Below, one piece after another: positions 50,601 to 63,268 of a stretch of 64,000 bases of DNA. Both the position numbers and the translations under genes were made by a program. The DNA is taken from contig CM082591.2 of the NCBI GenBank assembly GCA_040954595.2, positions 6,640,695 through 6,704,694 of the forward strand, written 5' to 3'. The notes beneath the pieces were generated by a model, which was not told where the DNA came from, did no database searches, and was given only the letters and a program-made list of their open reading frames with translations. Every line of letters begins with the position of its first letter. Position 1 is the first letter of the stretch. The DNA is from Balanoglossus misakiensis (Eukaryota > Animalia > Hemichordata).

Positions 50601-53600
50601 TGCGTTTTGATGAAAAGTGCGTCTTTTCATCAAAGCCTTTATTTCCAATTAATGTTGACGTTCGAGGGAAATTCTTGAAGCATGTGTTTAGCTATAGCTC
50701 GTTTCATCTAGATATATCAAACACGAAATCACCACTTTTCAAACAGCAAAGTTGGCCTTTTTGGTGGAGCGCGCACACACATTAAATTTCACAGTCACAA
50801 ATGTCTAAAACCGGGACTTTGTCCCTTAAAATGGTTACAATTGTAACAATGTAAAATGCCAGATTGGTGCTTCTCATAAAGGGTACGCTAATGCGCATAA
50901 ATATTTTATGCTTGCACTTTTTACGCGGCGTGCCTTAGCACAGATGTACGCGCCTGTCGAGGAAGCTGACAATAAATGGCAGTACCATATACACCCTTTT
51001 CATAAGTCTAGCGCCCTCATGATTGTGACCCGAGTAGCGACCCGAGTAGCTGGCGCTGACGTCATCCTATTCTAGTTAGCATGCGCATAAGCGTAACCCG
51101 GGAGATTTCAAACGAACGACGTCTACTTGCAACTCGCGTAAACAGACATGGCGACTGAGTTCGAAGATTTCTTGGTTTTGCGTAATTTTTTTGAAGATTT
51201 TGATGAATCTTTAGATTCTGCGGCAGTTTTGCAACTTCGGATAAATACTGCCATCATTGCCTCTCTGAGCTGTTTTTTTTTTTGCGCCTAAAATACGTTC
51301 CGAAGATAAAAAAATTTGCCTAAGTTATCAAGGAATTTCACAAAACCGTACATACTCTATAAAAAAAAATCTGATCCAGCGCTCGTCGCCTGATTTTGTC
51401 GTCGTCACACGTAAACAATACGACTTTTATTCAAAAATATCCGAAATACGTACACCCTGTACTGTAAAAATTATGAAAATTGCTTTAAAATTAGTGCAAT
51501 GACATCGTTTACCGCGTTTTTCCCCGAAAATAGCAAAAAAACTAATATTTATTTTTACTTACGGTTGCCCTGTCGCCATTTTGTTGAGTTCCAACCCCAG
51601 CAACCCTGCTCCTGACCCGAGACAGGCCCGGGTTAAGTTCAAAGGTCATATGACGTAATTTGCGTCATCAGCGTAGCAACTCGGAGTCGTTCGATTGCAA
51701 CGCGCGCGACTCGGGTCGCTACTCGGGTCGCAATCGAACTCGGCCCTAGATGTGATTCGTTAGCTTTCCAAAATGGCCTCGCTTTGAGTTCAAATTCACG
51801 ATGGCTGCATGAGGGCGCTACCCTACTGAAAAGGGTGTATTGCACTTTTAGCATTGCTCATATTTCAGGGCGTCATCATTTTCCGTGTAACATACCTCAG
51901 GCGCCGATGCGGGTGACCTCGTGCATGCGTCAGATCCTTGGTTTCCAGCTGCAACAACCACGATATATCCAGCAGTGGTCAAACGCTGAACTGCCAAATT
52001 CAAAGCTGCGGAAGTTCCACCACTCAATGACATAGAAACCACTCCAGGTAACATATCCGAAGCGGCGACGTCATCCATAGCTTTGAGGATAAAATGGTCA
52101 TAAATTAAACGGAATGTTGGAACCCCTGTCAAAAATCCCTACTTGTGTCATTGTATTTAAAAGGCCAAACCTGCAAGAACGTAACATTTCTACATATATT
52201 GGGTAATTGTATAGTTGTTGCAATCGGCTCGCCTCACCTCCAATAATTCCAGCGTTTGACCCGCTACCGCCGCAATCCAAAACTCGTGCTGAGTGTAAAG
52301 TAACACCACGTGCAACTCCGACAGTGCTTCCGCCTATTGTACCAGCCACGTGAGTTCCATGTCCATGACAGTCGTCTCCCTGTTAAATAGTAACCATCGC
52401 GTGAATTGTGAATGTTAACCAGATGGAACATGAGTGAAATGTAACATTTCTCCATGACAACCTATTCTGTATTCGATACACTGTCGCACCTAACCCACAC
52501 ATATACAAACATGTAACCACGTAATGACAATCGATTTGTCCACCAGCCCAGTTGATAGGAATCACATTCATAATTTACACTGAAAATCACAAAATACATG
52601 ACAAGAAACATCGTCAATAATGTGCGCTGTATTTTACAACGAACAGTTAACAATCTAAATTGCATATTCATTTATTTAGTTTAGAAACTATATGCTATGG
52701 GCTAAAATCTCGTTTTGATTGGTAGTTCAATTGCAATGCAGTCACACAAGTCTTTTTGATTGTGTGTGTGTTATTTTGGTAACACCGTTATTGATACATA
52801 ATATTAAAAAAAACTTACATTCCATCCGTCCCTGAAGGCATCGGAATAGCGAACTGCTCTCCCACCAAACTCGTTGTGAGAAAAGCGTATACCAGTGTCA
52901 AAAACAAAGACATTGACACCACTACCATCCCCTGCGGAGGACAGAAACTTACACGTAAGGTTGTTCTAGGTGAACATTTATATAGCCGTGAATTTGATTA
53001 AACAATTCCAATGGTGGAATTTAAAATGACAGCCAAACTCCTTAGTTATGTACATTCGATTAACGTCAAAATGTTATTGACTTATTCGAGATTATTGTTA
53101 ACTTCCAATTTAAGCATAGTTGAACATTAAATTTGGGTTTTAAGGTAATACCTGAAATATAACACATTCATCATCTTCCGGTAAATAAACAGTTTCTGAT
53201 GGAAGGTAGATTTTATCAAAGCTGCACTGCCTCATGATATTTGTAAAAGTGCCAAATGTCTTACCATATGGGTACGAGGAATAGAGATTGTCCAAAGGTC
53301 GGTCGGTCTGATCAATCCTGTCCAAACCCCATTCCACATCTACATGGACTACTTCGTCTTCTTCTACGAATTCGACCTCATCTAGCCAACGGAGCTGCGG
53401 CAGATAATAAATATGCAATAAAACATACGGACGGACGGACGGACAGACAGACAGACAGACAGACACAGACATACAGACACACACACATACACACATATAT
53501 ACATAATATAAAATAAATAATACATACAATATGGAGTGCGTCTCCTGGAACTCTAGCAACAAAGCCTTTCATCAGTCTGGTGACATTTATTTGAAAGTCA

Positions 53601-54045
53601 ATATGCAATCCATGTTCTTCAGAAAGTGCTTGGAATTTTTCTTCAAACTCTGCAAGTTCTTCGTCAGTTAGGTCGTCCTAAATGAAAGCAAAAATTGCCA
53701 TTTATGTTCTGTCTGTGTTACGTTCGCTTGAAAACTCACATGCTGCCCCTTAATAAAAAAATGGTTCGTGCGACAAAAGAATGAAACATGGCATTGTACG
53801 TGCATGTGTATGTGTACAGCACTAAGTATGCATACCCTCAGTTTCACAATGTATTCATCGTCTATTTTCTCATCTCCAGCATGAAGCAACGGAGCTTCAG
53901 TTTCACGTTTAACAAAGCTTGGACGCAGAGCGCGGATTCTTCTCTGTTCTCTTAACTTCTCCTCTGATTTTCGGGATTCTGCGATCTGTATCCCAAGGAA
54001 GGCGATCACACATAGCCAAATCACAACAGAGTGCAATTTGATCAT
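47686..54045 (-). CDS. Secreted S8A subtilase (proteinase K/aqualysin/PCSK9-like) with signal peptide, I9-type propeptide and two C-terminal PAN/Apple domains; final exon unresolved
   Basis: Exons 53836-54045, 53528-53677, 53265-53394, 52819-52931 (FVFDTG, catalytic Asp), 52238-52379 ([11 protein letters not shown], His), 51896-52080 (AAGN, oxyanion Asn), 50195-50366 ([10 protein letters not shown], Ser), 49550-49708, 48582-48800 and 47686-47907 (C..GTDLRG..CC..C..C..WTW..CY). Phases are compatible and there are no stops. Confidence 0.92.
48877..49136 (+). mobile_element. Probable truncated solo LTR
   Basis: Starts TGTGA, locally GC-richer, AATAAA at ~49082 followed by GT-rich tract; absent from the paralogous intron; no TSD found. 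Confidence 0.45.
50991..51838. mobile_element. 848-bp TIR DNA transposon derivative with AT TSD (PIF/Harbinger-ISL2EU-like) in subtilase intron 6
   Basis: TIR ACACCCTTTTCA..TAGCGCCCTCATG / CATGAGGGCGCTA..TGAAAAGGGTGT; subterminal GACCCGAGTAGC repeats; empty site ccatattg in the paralog intron at ~63648-63655. Confidence 0.82.
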
Positions 54046-54233
54046 GGTTGTCTGAAATAGCATGATGTTGGATAAATATGTTATGGACACATCTTGACAT
54101 TAACAAACAAATATCGCGGTTATGGTTTGTAGCCACAAGTACACGGGAAAGAAAATGTTCGGTTTAGTTTGCAAACAAACAATACGCAGATAAAAGTTCT
54201 AACGCTTCCGACCGGAAATTACACAGACATTAT

Positions 54234-54740
54234 AGGCACATGAGCTGCAACTGGATATAAAAATTAAAGTTTTAAATAATCTCATATATGCTTTTAATTA
54301 TGTCTATTAAATGATATTTCATGATAATATATCAAGCTCAACACTTATTTATGACAAAATGGCAAAAAATTTAAGAAAAAATGGAAATTCCTGCAATTTT
54401 TTAAAAAGTGCAATATTACAATGAAAAAGGAAAATATAATGTCTCAGCGGAGTACATTTACTTCCATGAGCTCAAGTGGATGAGATCATGTTTTGTTTAT
54501 GAAATTTCATAACTGGAAATGCAACATTTTCGTTGTTTCTTGCATTTTCCCCACGTTGGCGGCCATATTCGCTTGCGGCAAAGCTTTATTATTTATCTGG
54601 TTAAAACTTGCATATGCACTCATATTTAGGGATTATAATGCTTGTGTTTAGTTCACTGCCTTCATCTGCATGGACTAATGGTAGTGCAGTTTGAAACAAA
54701 GATTATGATAATTATCCCAAAAGTTGCAGCTTATGTGCCT
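54234..54740. mobile_element. 507-bp TIR element with TTAT target duplication (Kolobok-like)
   Basis: TIR AGGCACATGAGCTGCAACT / AGTTGCAGCTTATGTGCCT flanked by TTAT; empty site attatgcacgacgacc at ~55313. Confidence 0.82.
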
Positions 54741-56410
54741 TTATGCACGACGACCACTCAAAAAAAAAAGTACACACATGCAATCAATGCGAATCCCGAG
54801 GAGCCGCCCAAAACCGCATTCAGCAAATCAGTGGTGGTGGAAATACAGAAGTGTGGACGGAAAGCTGAACAAAGCCTTTATCAAAATCATGGGAAATGTA
54901 ACTTGTGTATTTTCTATGAGTTAATGGATTGGATGCACTACCACAGGTGACTTAACCCCCGTTAGTCAGGATCCATTAATTCATGAAAATAATTTTCATT
55001 TCTCCATGTATCGAATTCTGAATCTTGACATACCTTCCTCACTTATTTTGGGCAAAAAATTAAAAACAATTCAAAATAATGACGCATTAGTACATCTTCA
55101 AGCACAAAGAAAATGCCGAAAAGAATGGACTAAAACTTAAAGCAAAAGTTCCACCAAAACCTAAAGACTGGATGCAATATGGATGCAACATGCATCAATA
55201 TCGCGGTTATGGTTTGTAGCCACGAGTACACGGGGAAAATGTTCGGTTTAGTTTGCAAACAAACACTACACAGATAAAAGTGCTAACGCTTCCGACCGGA
55301 AATTACACAGATATTATGCACGACGACCACTCAAAAAAAACAAAACAAAACATACATATATGCAATTAATGCGAATCCAGCAATCAGGTGTTTTTGCGGT
55401 TTATATACACAGACCTGTGCAATGTTAGTGCAGTTGGTAAAGGAATTCATACAATTTGTAGTGCGCAGAATACCGTCGACGACAAGTTAAACATACCTTT
55501 GCTGATGCCACTGCCCGAGTCACATACGATGGAAGTCGAACAGCCGAGTTAGCTCCCAGACGCCTTCCTACAAAATGTACACAGCTTTCTTTCCGTACGA
55601 TGACTTTATAAACATTCAGTTGTGTCCGTTAGTATTGAAATAGATAATGCCACGTTGCCGATCCCGTGCATATTATTTACTTTAACAATAGCAAAGTACG
55701 TACCTCAGTCTTAATTTCCTGGTAAACGATCGGGAGATCAATCATCCTGACAACTGTGCCCGCAAAATTACATTTTAATATAACCACGAATAGAACATTT
55801 CTTTGTGTCTAATATATTTTTTTCTCAAAGACCACAATCCCACTTTTTAATTTGATGCCACTTTTAAAAAATGGATAAGTTCTGGTGAAATTTTCCTGGC
55901 TAATTTTTGTAATAGTGATGTTTACACTGTCTTGTGTTTAACTTTTGAGGAGTTATTTTAAAGTTTTGAAATTCTTTGAAATTCTGTACATTTATATGCC
56001 CAGCTGACAGCACGGGGCGTAAGTTGGTTTTGTAAATATTTCCCCTCTGAATTTTACCATGGTAACTGTTAAGTGTGTCTTATCAATTTAAAGCTAATTA
56101 AATCTGCTGTCTAAAATCATACGATATGATGTTACATTTCGTCATTGATGTGATATGGGGTCAAATGCCATCTGGGTAACGTGAAGTCACTGGTAAAAAG
56201 TTCCGATTCAATGTTGCTTCTTGTCCAACAACACAGACATGTTCCTCTATTGATTATCCTATAAACAAAGTGCAGATACAAATCGATGAACATATTTTGG
56301 TCAATTAGAATATGCCCAAACATAACAAGACATCCGGTGGTATTGGTTAGCCTCGATTTTTTGACATGTAGGGTAAGCCCCAAGTGGGGCTGTTTGTTTG
56401 GTTTCATACT

Positions 56411-56514
<104 letters not shown>

Positions 56515-57745
56515 GGACATTGCATATGACCTTGAAATTTGGCATGTAGCACAATGGCCGTTCATTTTACAAAGATTTTGTACAGAAATTTGAATATTTT
56601 TACAAAGATTTTGTACAGAAGTTTGAATATTTTTCCGCAGATGAGGTTAATTTTAGAATTGAAATCTAATAGGGTTGGCATGTCATTTTACCCATACATG
56701 TATCGCTGTTGTCATATGGACAAACATTATTTTCGATGGTGTTTACCTATCTCCTATATTCCAAGTCAATAATGCGACTCGTGGTCAACACCCAAATTGC
56801 CTTGCATTGAACACTAGGACAAAATCATACACGAAAAAACACCATGTACAAATTTGTGGACTTTGTATGAAGGTCATACATCCCCCCTTTCTTTTAAATT
56901 TAGTAACGGCCTAGATGCAAACAAACATTCCATTTTACTGTGTAATTGATTTTTCTTTTGTTGGAAACATACATTCATAAAAAAATGTTGCTGGTACACA
57001 AATACCTTATTAAAATGCAAAAATAAACTGAAGCTTAGGCTGATCCAAATAGTCAAGCGGATCAATGAGTCAAAACGGAGAAAAATCCGAATGCACTTAT
57101 TACTATAAGCACGAATAGGAGGGGGGGGGTCTCGGAAGACTTGATAATAATACACCTCGACGTTCAGTTGATTCTTCGTTTTTCCAAGGAAGTAGGCAAG
57201 ATATTCACAAAAAGGCCTACTTTAAACACATCTAGTATTAGACACTACTCTACCCTTCATGAATAAAACTTTAGACCAATGATATGCTTACATGGATATT
57301 TCATCGGTTTACATGATACAAAGTCATCACGGCTACGGTCTCTATGCATAGCCTACGTACTTTTCGAAACTATCCCGGCGACACTCCACCACGTCCTCAC
57401 GGAGTGTCAAAACCCTCTCTCAAATAGCAGTTCTTTATCATATATTTTTGAAAATAATTTTCACTCACTCTTAGTCTGTGTAATGAGATATTAGCATAGG
57501 TACAAAGATGAGAGAAACCAACATCACTTGCAATTTTTAAAACTCGCACGAAAAAATATCATAAAAGTGGCCGAATATATCGGTGTATTATGGTGCTGAG
57601 CGTACATCCTTGTAAAGTGGAGGCGACGCCCAATCATGGTGAAAATAAATGTAGACAGAATTAAATTTACTAACAACCCTGCTTTATTAGACGGACGGGC
57701 AATCTATTTGTCCATGACTAAAAAGATAGTGATAACAAAATCTTG

Positions 57746-58195
57746 AACAGAAATCAAGAATTCACTTTTTCACTGTAGCTATACGCATTTTCGATCATCT
57801 CATTTACAGCGCATGTGCAAGACGCATTCAAATGGAAAAAAGTGCTATTTTAGACAACCACTTAAACATTGCAATTGGACAAACACAGTTTTTGTATTTT
57901 AAATTAACAACTATACGCGCACCCATATGTCCGTCTATTTTTACAGATTTTCCCTGTTAAGAACAGAAATCAAGAATTCACTTTTTCTCTGTAGCTATAC
58001 GCATTTTCGATCATCTCATTTACATCGCATGTGCAAGACGCATTCAAATTGAAAAAGTGCTATTTTAGACAACCAATTTAAAATTGCAATTGGACAAACA
58101 CAATTTTTATATTAACATCGTAAATTGTGGTATTTTAAATTAACAACTATATATATATGCGCAACCATATGCCCGTCTTTTTTACAGTTTTACTC
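57746..58195. repeat. ~215-bp tandem duplication
   Basis: aacagaaatcaagaattcactttt... occurs at ~57746 and ~57962. Confidence 0.8.
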
Positions 58196-59055
58196 TATTA
58201 AGATATTTTTGGCTTGTAATTGTGTTGAAATAAATTGAATAGATGACCAACAAAATTGATTTGTCTTGTCACCATGTTTGCTCTCGGGGTCAATATGTGT
58301 CTATACCAGTCTCTCTGTCTATCTGTCTGTCTTTCCTTGCCATCAGGTATATCTCAATTTCGTTAGAGGCAAGGACTGCAGGGCAAGCAAATATTCTCCT
58401 AAGCATTTCTTCATTTTCTGCTGCGATTGATGCACAATAACATTGTGTTCCATTCGATGACACTGCGCCGACTCTGTGAAGGTTGTAACATTTCCAGACA
58501 ATGTTTCAACAGTGTGATACGAAGAGGTCATTTTCGAGTGGCCTCTGATAATTCTCACCGGAAATCGGGTCTTTACTCCGATCAACTATAGTTATACACA
58601 TCCTTCGCCCTTATTCAGTAGTTACCCACGCAGTGGCATTTCAGAAAATAAATTCCCTCCAACTACTTTCAATCTCTAATCATTCAGCGGACTACAATGT
58701 CATAATGCTTCATCTCAAGCCGAGGGCGCATGACACTCTAATATTCAATAATAATAAACACTAAACACTAACAAGATAGAGCGAAAGGCCAAGTAACCTT
58801 GACATTTATTAGAATGTGAAAATGTGTAAACGTTTCAAAATTCCTCGCCAGTTTCCTCAAAACGGCAGAAAAACACAGTAAAACCTCAAACAAAGGAGGT
58901 CACAGTTCAAAGGTCAACTGGCGAGGAAAAGCTTACAATTATAACCGTTGCTGTCTTCTCTTTTCAAGTTGAACCTACTTGCCATAAACATAGAGATGGT
59001 ATATGTGACGATTCTGAGCCCCGTTCACATGTCAGTGATGCAGCCCTCATCTTAT

Positions 59056-60684
59056 TCTCTGATATCAAATGACGTCAGACGCTCTCGGTCACAGTTACGT
59101 TAATAGCATGCCAATTTCCAGATAACGGGCAGCGTGGTGCAGACAAAAACTGTGCAGACAGTGAGGCTGATAAGGCACCATACCCGATAGTCTGGTTCCC
59201 TGCCCCAATCCCACCGCTGGCTGCGCTACCAGACTACATATACCCGATACATCTTACGTGTTTGGTGGTTCTAAAGTAAAAACATACTCCGAAAAACTTT
59301 TACTGGATGTTGAAATATTGCCTGCCCGTCATCTGGAAATGACAACGCCGTGGGTCACATGGCCAGATCACGTGATTGATAGTAAAGCATAAGGTGGTGA
59401 GGTTCACGCGCAAAGCACAATGGGAGTTCCAACGTAAGTAACCTTTCATTTGAATTCCGTCTTGCCTCGAGTACACACGTTTGATGTGTCTGGCCGATCA
59501 CTTTCTTTGAACCTTTTCCGTAGGATAGTTTCGATTTTTGTGACACCGGACGTTTAGTTGTGTACGTATTGGTAACAAGTTCGTTCTCTGTGATATTCTT
59601 TTAGCTCGCATGACGTTTTTAACCGTCTATTCGGATCGATGTATTGGCCGCGGGGCTATGCGCATACGTCGACGGGGAGTAGCTGCATGATGCCCGCTGA
59701 GCGTGAAAAGCTTTACCGTAGGCCAACATAGTGTTGCAGCTTTTCGATTCGTTCTATTACAGCGCAGTTATCTTCTAAAATATGTCCAGTATTTTAAAAA
59801 ATCCCATACCAAACCGCAAATAAATGAATACCAAAAGATTGTTATTTTATTTTACGCACAATGAGTACAAGAAGTACATGTATGTACTCTGTAAATATGT
59901 GGTTATTTACGCAAGTCAAACGGCGCGCGTCCCTCACTACCACACAAAATATCCTAAAGAAGTGCTTGAACGAAATTTTTACTGCCACTGGAATGGTGCC
60001 AAAGCGAGCGGAATGTCGTTTTGGTCTTTCAGGAACGTGTTAACTGTAATCACTATCAGTGTTCTCAAATAGTGCACTTTGGAAGGTTTGGAGTAGACGA
60101 TTGTTCTGATGTTTTTATGGTGTTTTGTTTTGCTATGGATTATTTTATAATCTGAATTAAAGATGAAATAATAATAAAATAATAATAATAATAATAAACA
60201 ATACGGTTAATTAAGCAATACCCCTGCCGCAGGCGGGTATACACGAGATTTGGGTACAATTCGAGATATATTATAGCACGAGCCATCAGGCGAGTGCTAT
60301 ATGGAGCGAATTGTACCCAACAAAGCTGTGCGCTCGCTGTTTAGTCTGCCTGCCAACTTCAAACTACGTCGCCCGAGTACGAATGTTACCAACAGTACGC
60401 CATGATGACAGCTGACATACGGAGTGAAAACACACAAAAAATCACAACTCGGAACAAAATCGATAGCAGGTTCCACATAGATCGATGCTAACACACATGA
60501 ACTTATAAAAATCGGATTGGTTTTTCGTTCAAACGAGGTTTCCTTTACATAACCTACGAAAACATAAGTCGATTGCGTATATACAGAAAGCTACACGCGT
60601 GACACTGCTAGGTCGACCATGTTCTGTTCATGAAGAGCAGGTTAAGCCGGAAGTGACGACGTGACCCACACCACCTCGTAAAGA
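59056..60684. mobile_element. ~1.63-kb unclassified insertion with AT duplication
   Basis: Flanks cagccctcatcttAT and ATagtctgaatatctg are contiguous at 45862-45890 (empty site). Confidence 0.7.
59188..59236. mobile_element. 49-bp mini-element TAGTCTGG...CCAGACTA with ~9-bp TSD
   Basis: Left flank catacccga, right flank catatacccga. Confidence 0.62.
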
Positions 60685-60685
60685 A

Positions 60686-63219
60686 TAGTCTGAATATCTG
60701 TCGCCTGTCCATCGACCGTTCGTCCGCTGTCAAACAGCAATTACTTTTTGAAAAGTTGATGTCCCTGCAGCTTCGACTATTCACTCTGTCTGATGTCAGT
60801 CAAATGTGTTGTAATCCTGACGAAATCTGCAGTTATGCATCTTTGGGATACTTTTTTGTTTTGGTTAAAAAATCTTCAACCATCTTCTTCTTAGTACCCG
60901 CTTTGATATACTATAGCATTGCATGTAGTCTAGATGTATAGGTTTACAATTTATTCAATTTGTAGCGAAATCAGTCTTCTATTTACAATATATTCACCAT
61001 TTTAGTCAAAATTCGTGTTAAGAACTGCTTGACGATTATTTCCTAGAGTTTGGAAGGTCGTCTATTGCACTACATGGAAAGCGTTTTTTTAGAATTAAAT
61101 ATTATTATTATTATTACTGCATTTCGGAATCCCTCATACACACAACAGGCAAGTGAGTCGAATCCACATGTTGCCCGTCCATGCATTGATACACCCACAT
61201 AAATACAAATCAGTCCATCCATTTATCCATCAAGATTATGTGTCTCTATTGTCACATGCTTTACTTCTCATACATATAACTTCAGACCACCATATGCTTA
61301 GATAGATATTTTATTTAGTTAATCATTCTTGATTACATGTAATTCGGCATTATCAAGGAAACCCGCAACCAATGAAAATGTTCAGAATGGGCGTATAGTC
61401 TTCTCACGTTTCCCTGGGTAAAGTGGTTCCAAGGTACATTATGCTGGATAAAACAGGACAAAACGAAAGAAGTATTAGGAATATTTTCAAGAAATGAAGT
61501 AAGATCATCCATCAATAAATCAACCAAGCAAGCATTCAATCAATCTGTCAAACATTAATACCAATAATCAGTCAATTCGTCAGTCAGTCACTACTGAACC
61601 CGAAACAGAGGAATATTCTCTGGCTTTAATGCAAAAAACGCATCAATAATTATGTGCACATTAAAAGCATGATTTTATTCTTGTTTATTTTCTAAGCATA
61701 TATCGACTTTTCGTGTCACTTTGGATACTGACATTCTTGCACTGTTTAACATAATTTCAATGAATAATATTTTTTGACTAATTTTATCTCACCGAATGTG
61801 TATATTTGTCATCATGTGATTTAAACACAAATATGTATATAGTATTTATTTGTTTAATTGACTTCCTATTTTAGACAACCAATTAAAAATTGCAATGGTG
61901 CAAACAAAATTGAGGTATTGTAAGTCAACAAATATGTACACGCATATTCGTTTACTAGCACCCATGTACCCGTCTTTTTTATATTTTAATCGTTCAGGAT
62001 ATATTTGGCTTGTAATTGTGTTGCGAATAAATAAAATTGAATAGATGACCAACAAAATTGATTTGTCTTGTCACCATGTTTGCTCTCGGGGTCAATATGT
62101 GTATATACCAGTTTCTCTGTCTATCTGTCTGCATTTCCTTGCCATCAGGTATATCTCAATTTCGTTAGAGGCAAGGGCAAGCAAATATTCTCTTAAGAAT
62201 TTCTTACATTTTCAATGACTATAGAGAGATTCAATACATTATGACACACTCATGTGGTAAGTACGTCTGTCTATATCACCGGCATGATTGCAAAGTCAAT
62301 GTAACATGATTGAAAAGCTGATCTAGCTTCCCTAAAATATTTTTCACGGGATTAGAGCTTTCGATACTATGTGAGGACTTACCGCTTGGAATCTGCAGAA
62401 GTTTGTTGGGGGTTTGTCCACGATGGGGTTCGGGTACGCCAGATAGATCGATTTTGTTGGACGCCGCAGCGTTCGTCAATGCATCCAACACCTGGTTTTG
62501 TGTAAGGCCGTTGTTTTGTTCGAGAAGCAGGGCTGCAACACCTTTGAAGAAAATATTGAGGAGAAAAACATATCAACACACAAGCTTGTAGACACATTGT
62601 ACTGTCGAATGGGGTCTATAGCACAATTAATTTGTTTAACGCTCTTATATTCAACTATCGACTTCACTAATGACGTCATGTGCTATACAGAGTGCATTTT
62701 GTGGTCATGATTTCACCATGCTTGAAGATCCCCGTTGCCATGCCACAGTTTGAAAACAAACATAATGGGATATTTTTGCACAACAATCAGTGTCATATTA
62801 ATAGCCAGAGTCACAGTACTGAACATTACAGTCTGATAGAGTACCACCCAACTTTGTATTGCATGATAGTGTGGAACAATTAACCCACAAGATTTATCCA
62901 TAATTTGGTAACTTCTGATAGGCAATAGTGGACCACTTTGATTTAAATAAATAATTGTACATGTTTAATAGGGTCAAATTCTTTCAAATTCCTTTGCCGT
63001 ATGACACACTAAGATACCCTTACCAGAGACATGGGGCGTGGCCATCGAGGTTCCACTCATGTGTGTATAGAAGAAATCATCAAAGTGGCTAGCACTTCTG
63101 ATTTCAGACCCAGGTGCAAGAATGTTGACACAACCGCCGTAATTTGAATACCAGGCGAAGTCATCATTGTATTCTGTTGCTCCCACTGTAATTGCCTGTA
63201 AGACATTGACCGTGGATGG

Positions 63220-63268
<49 letters not shown>

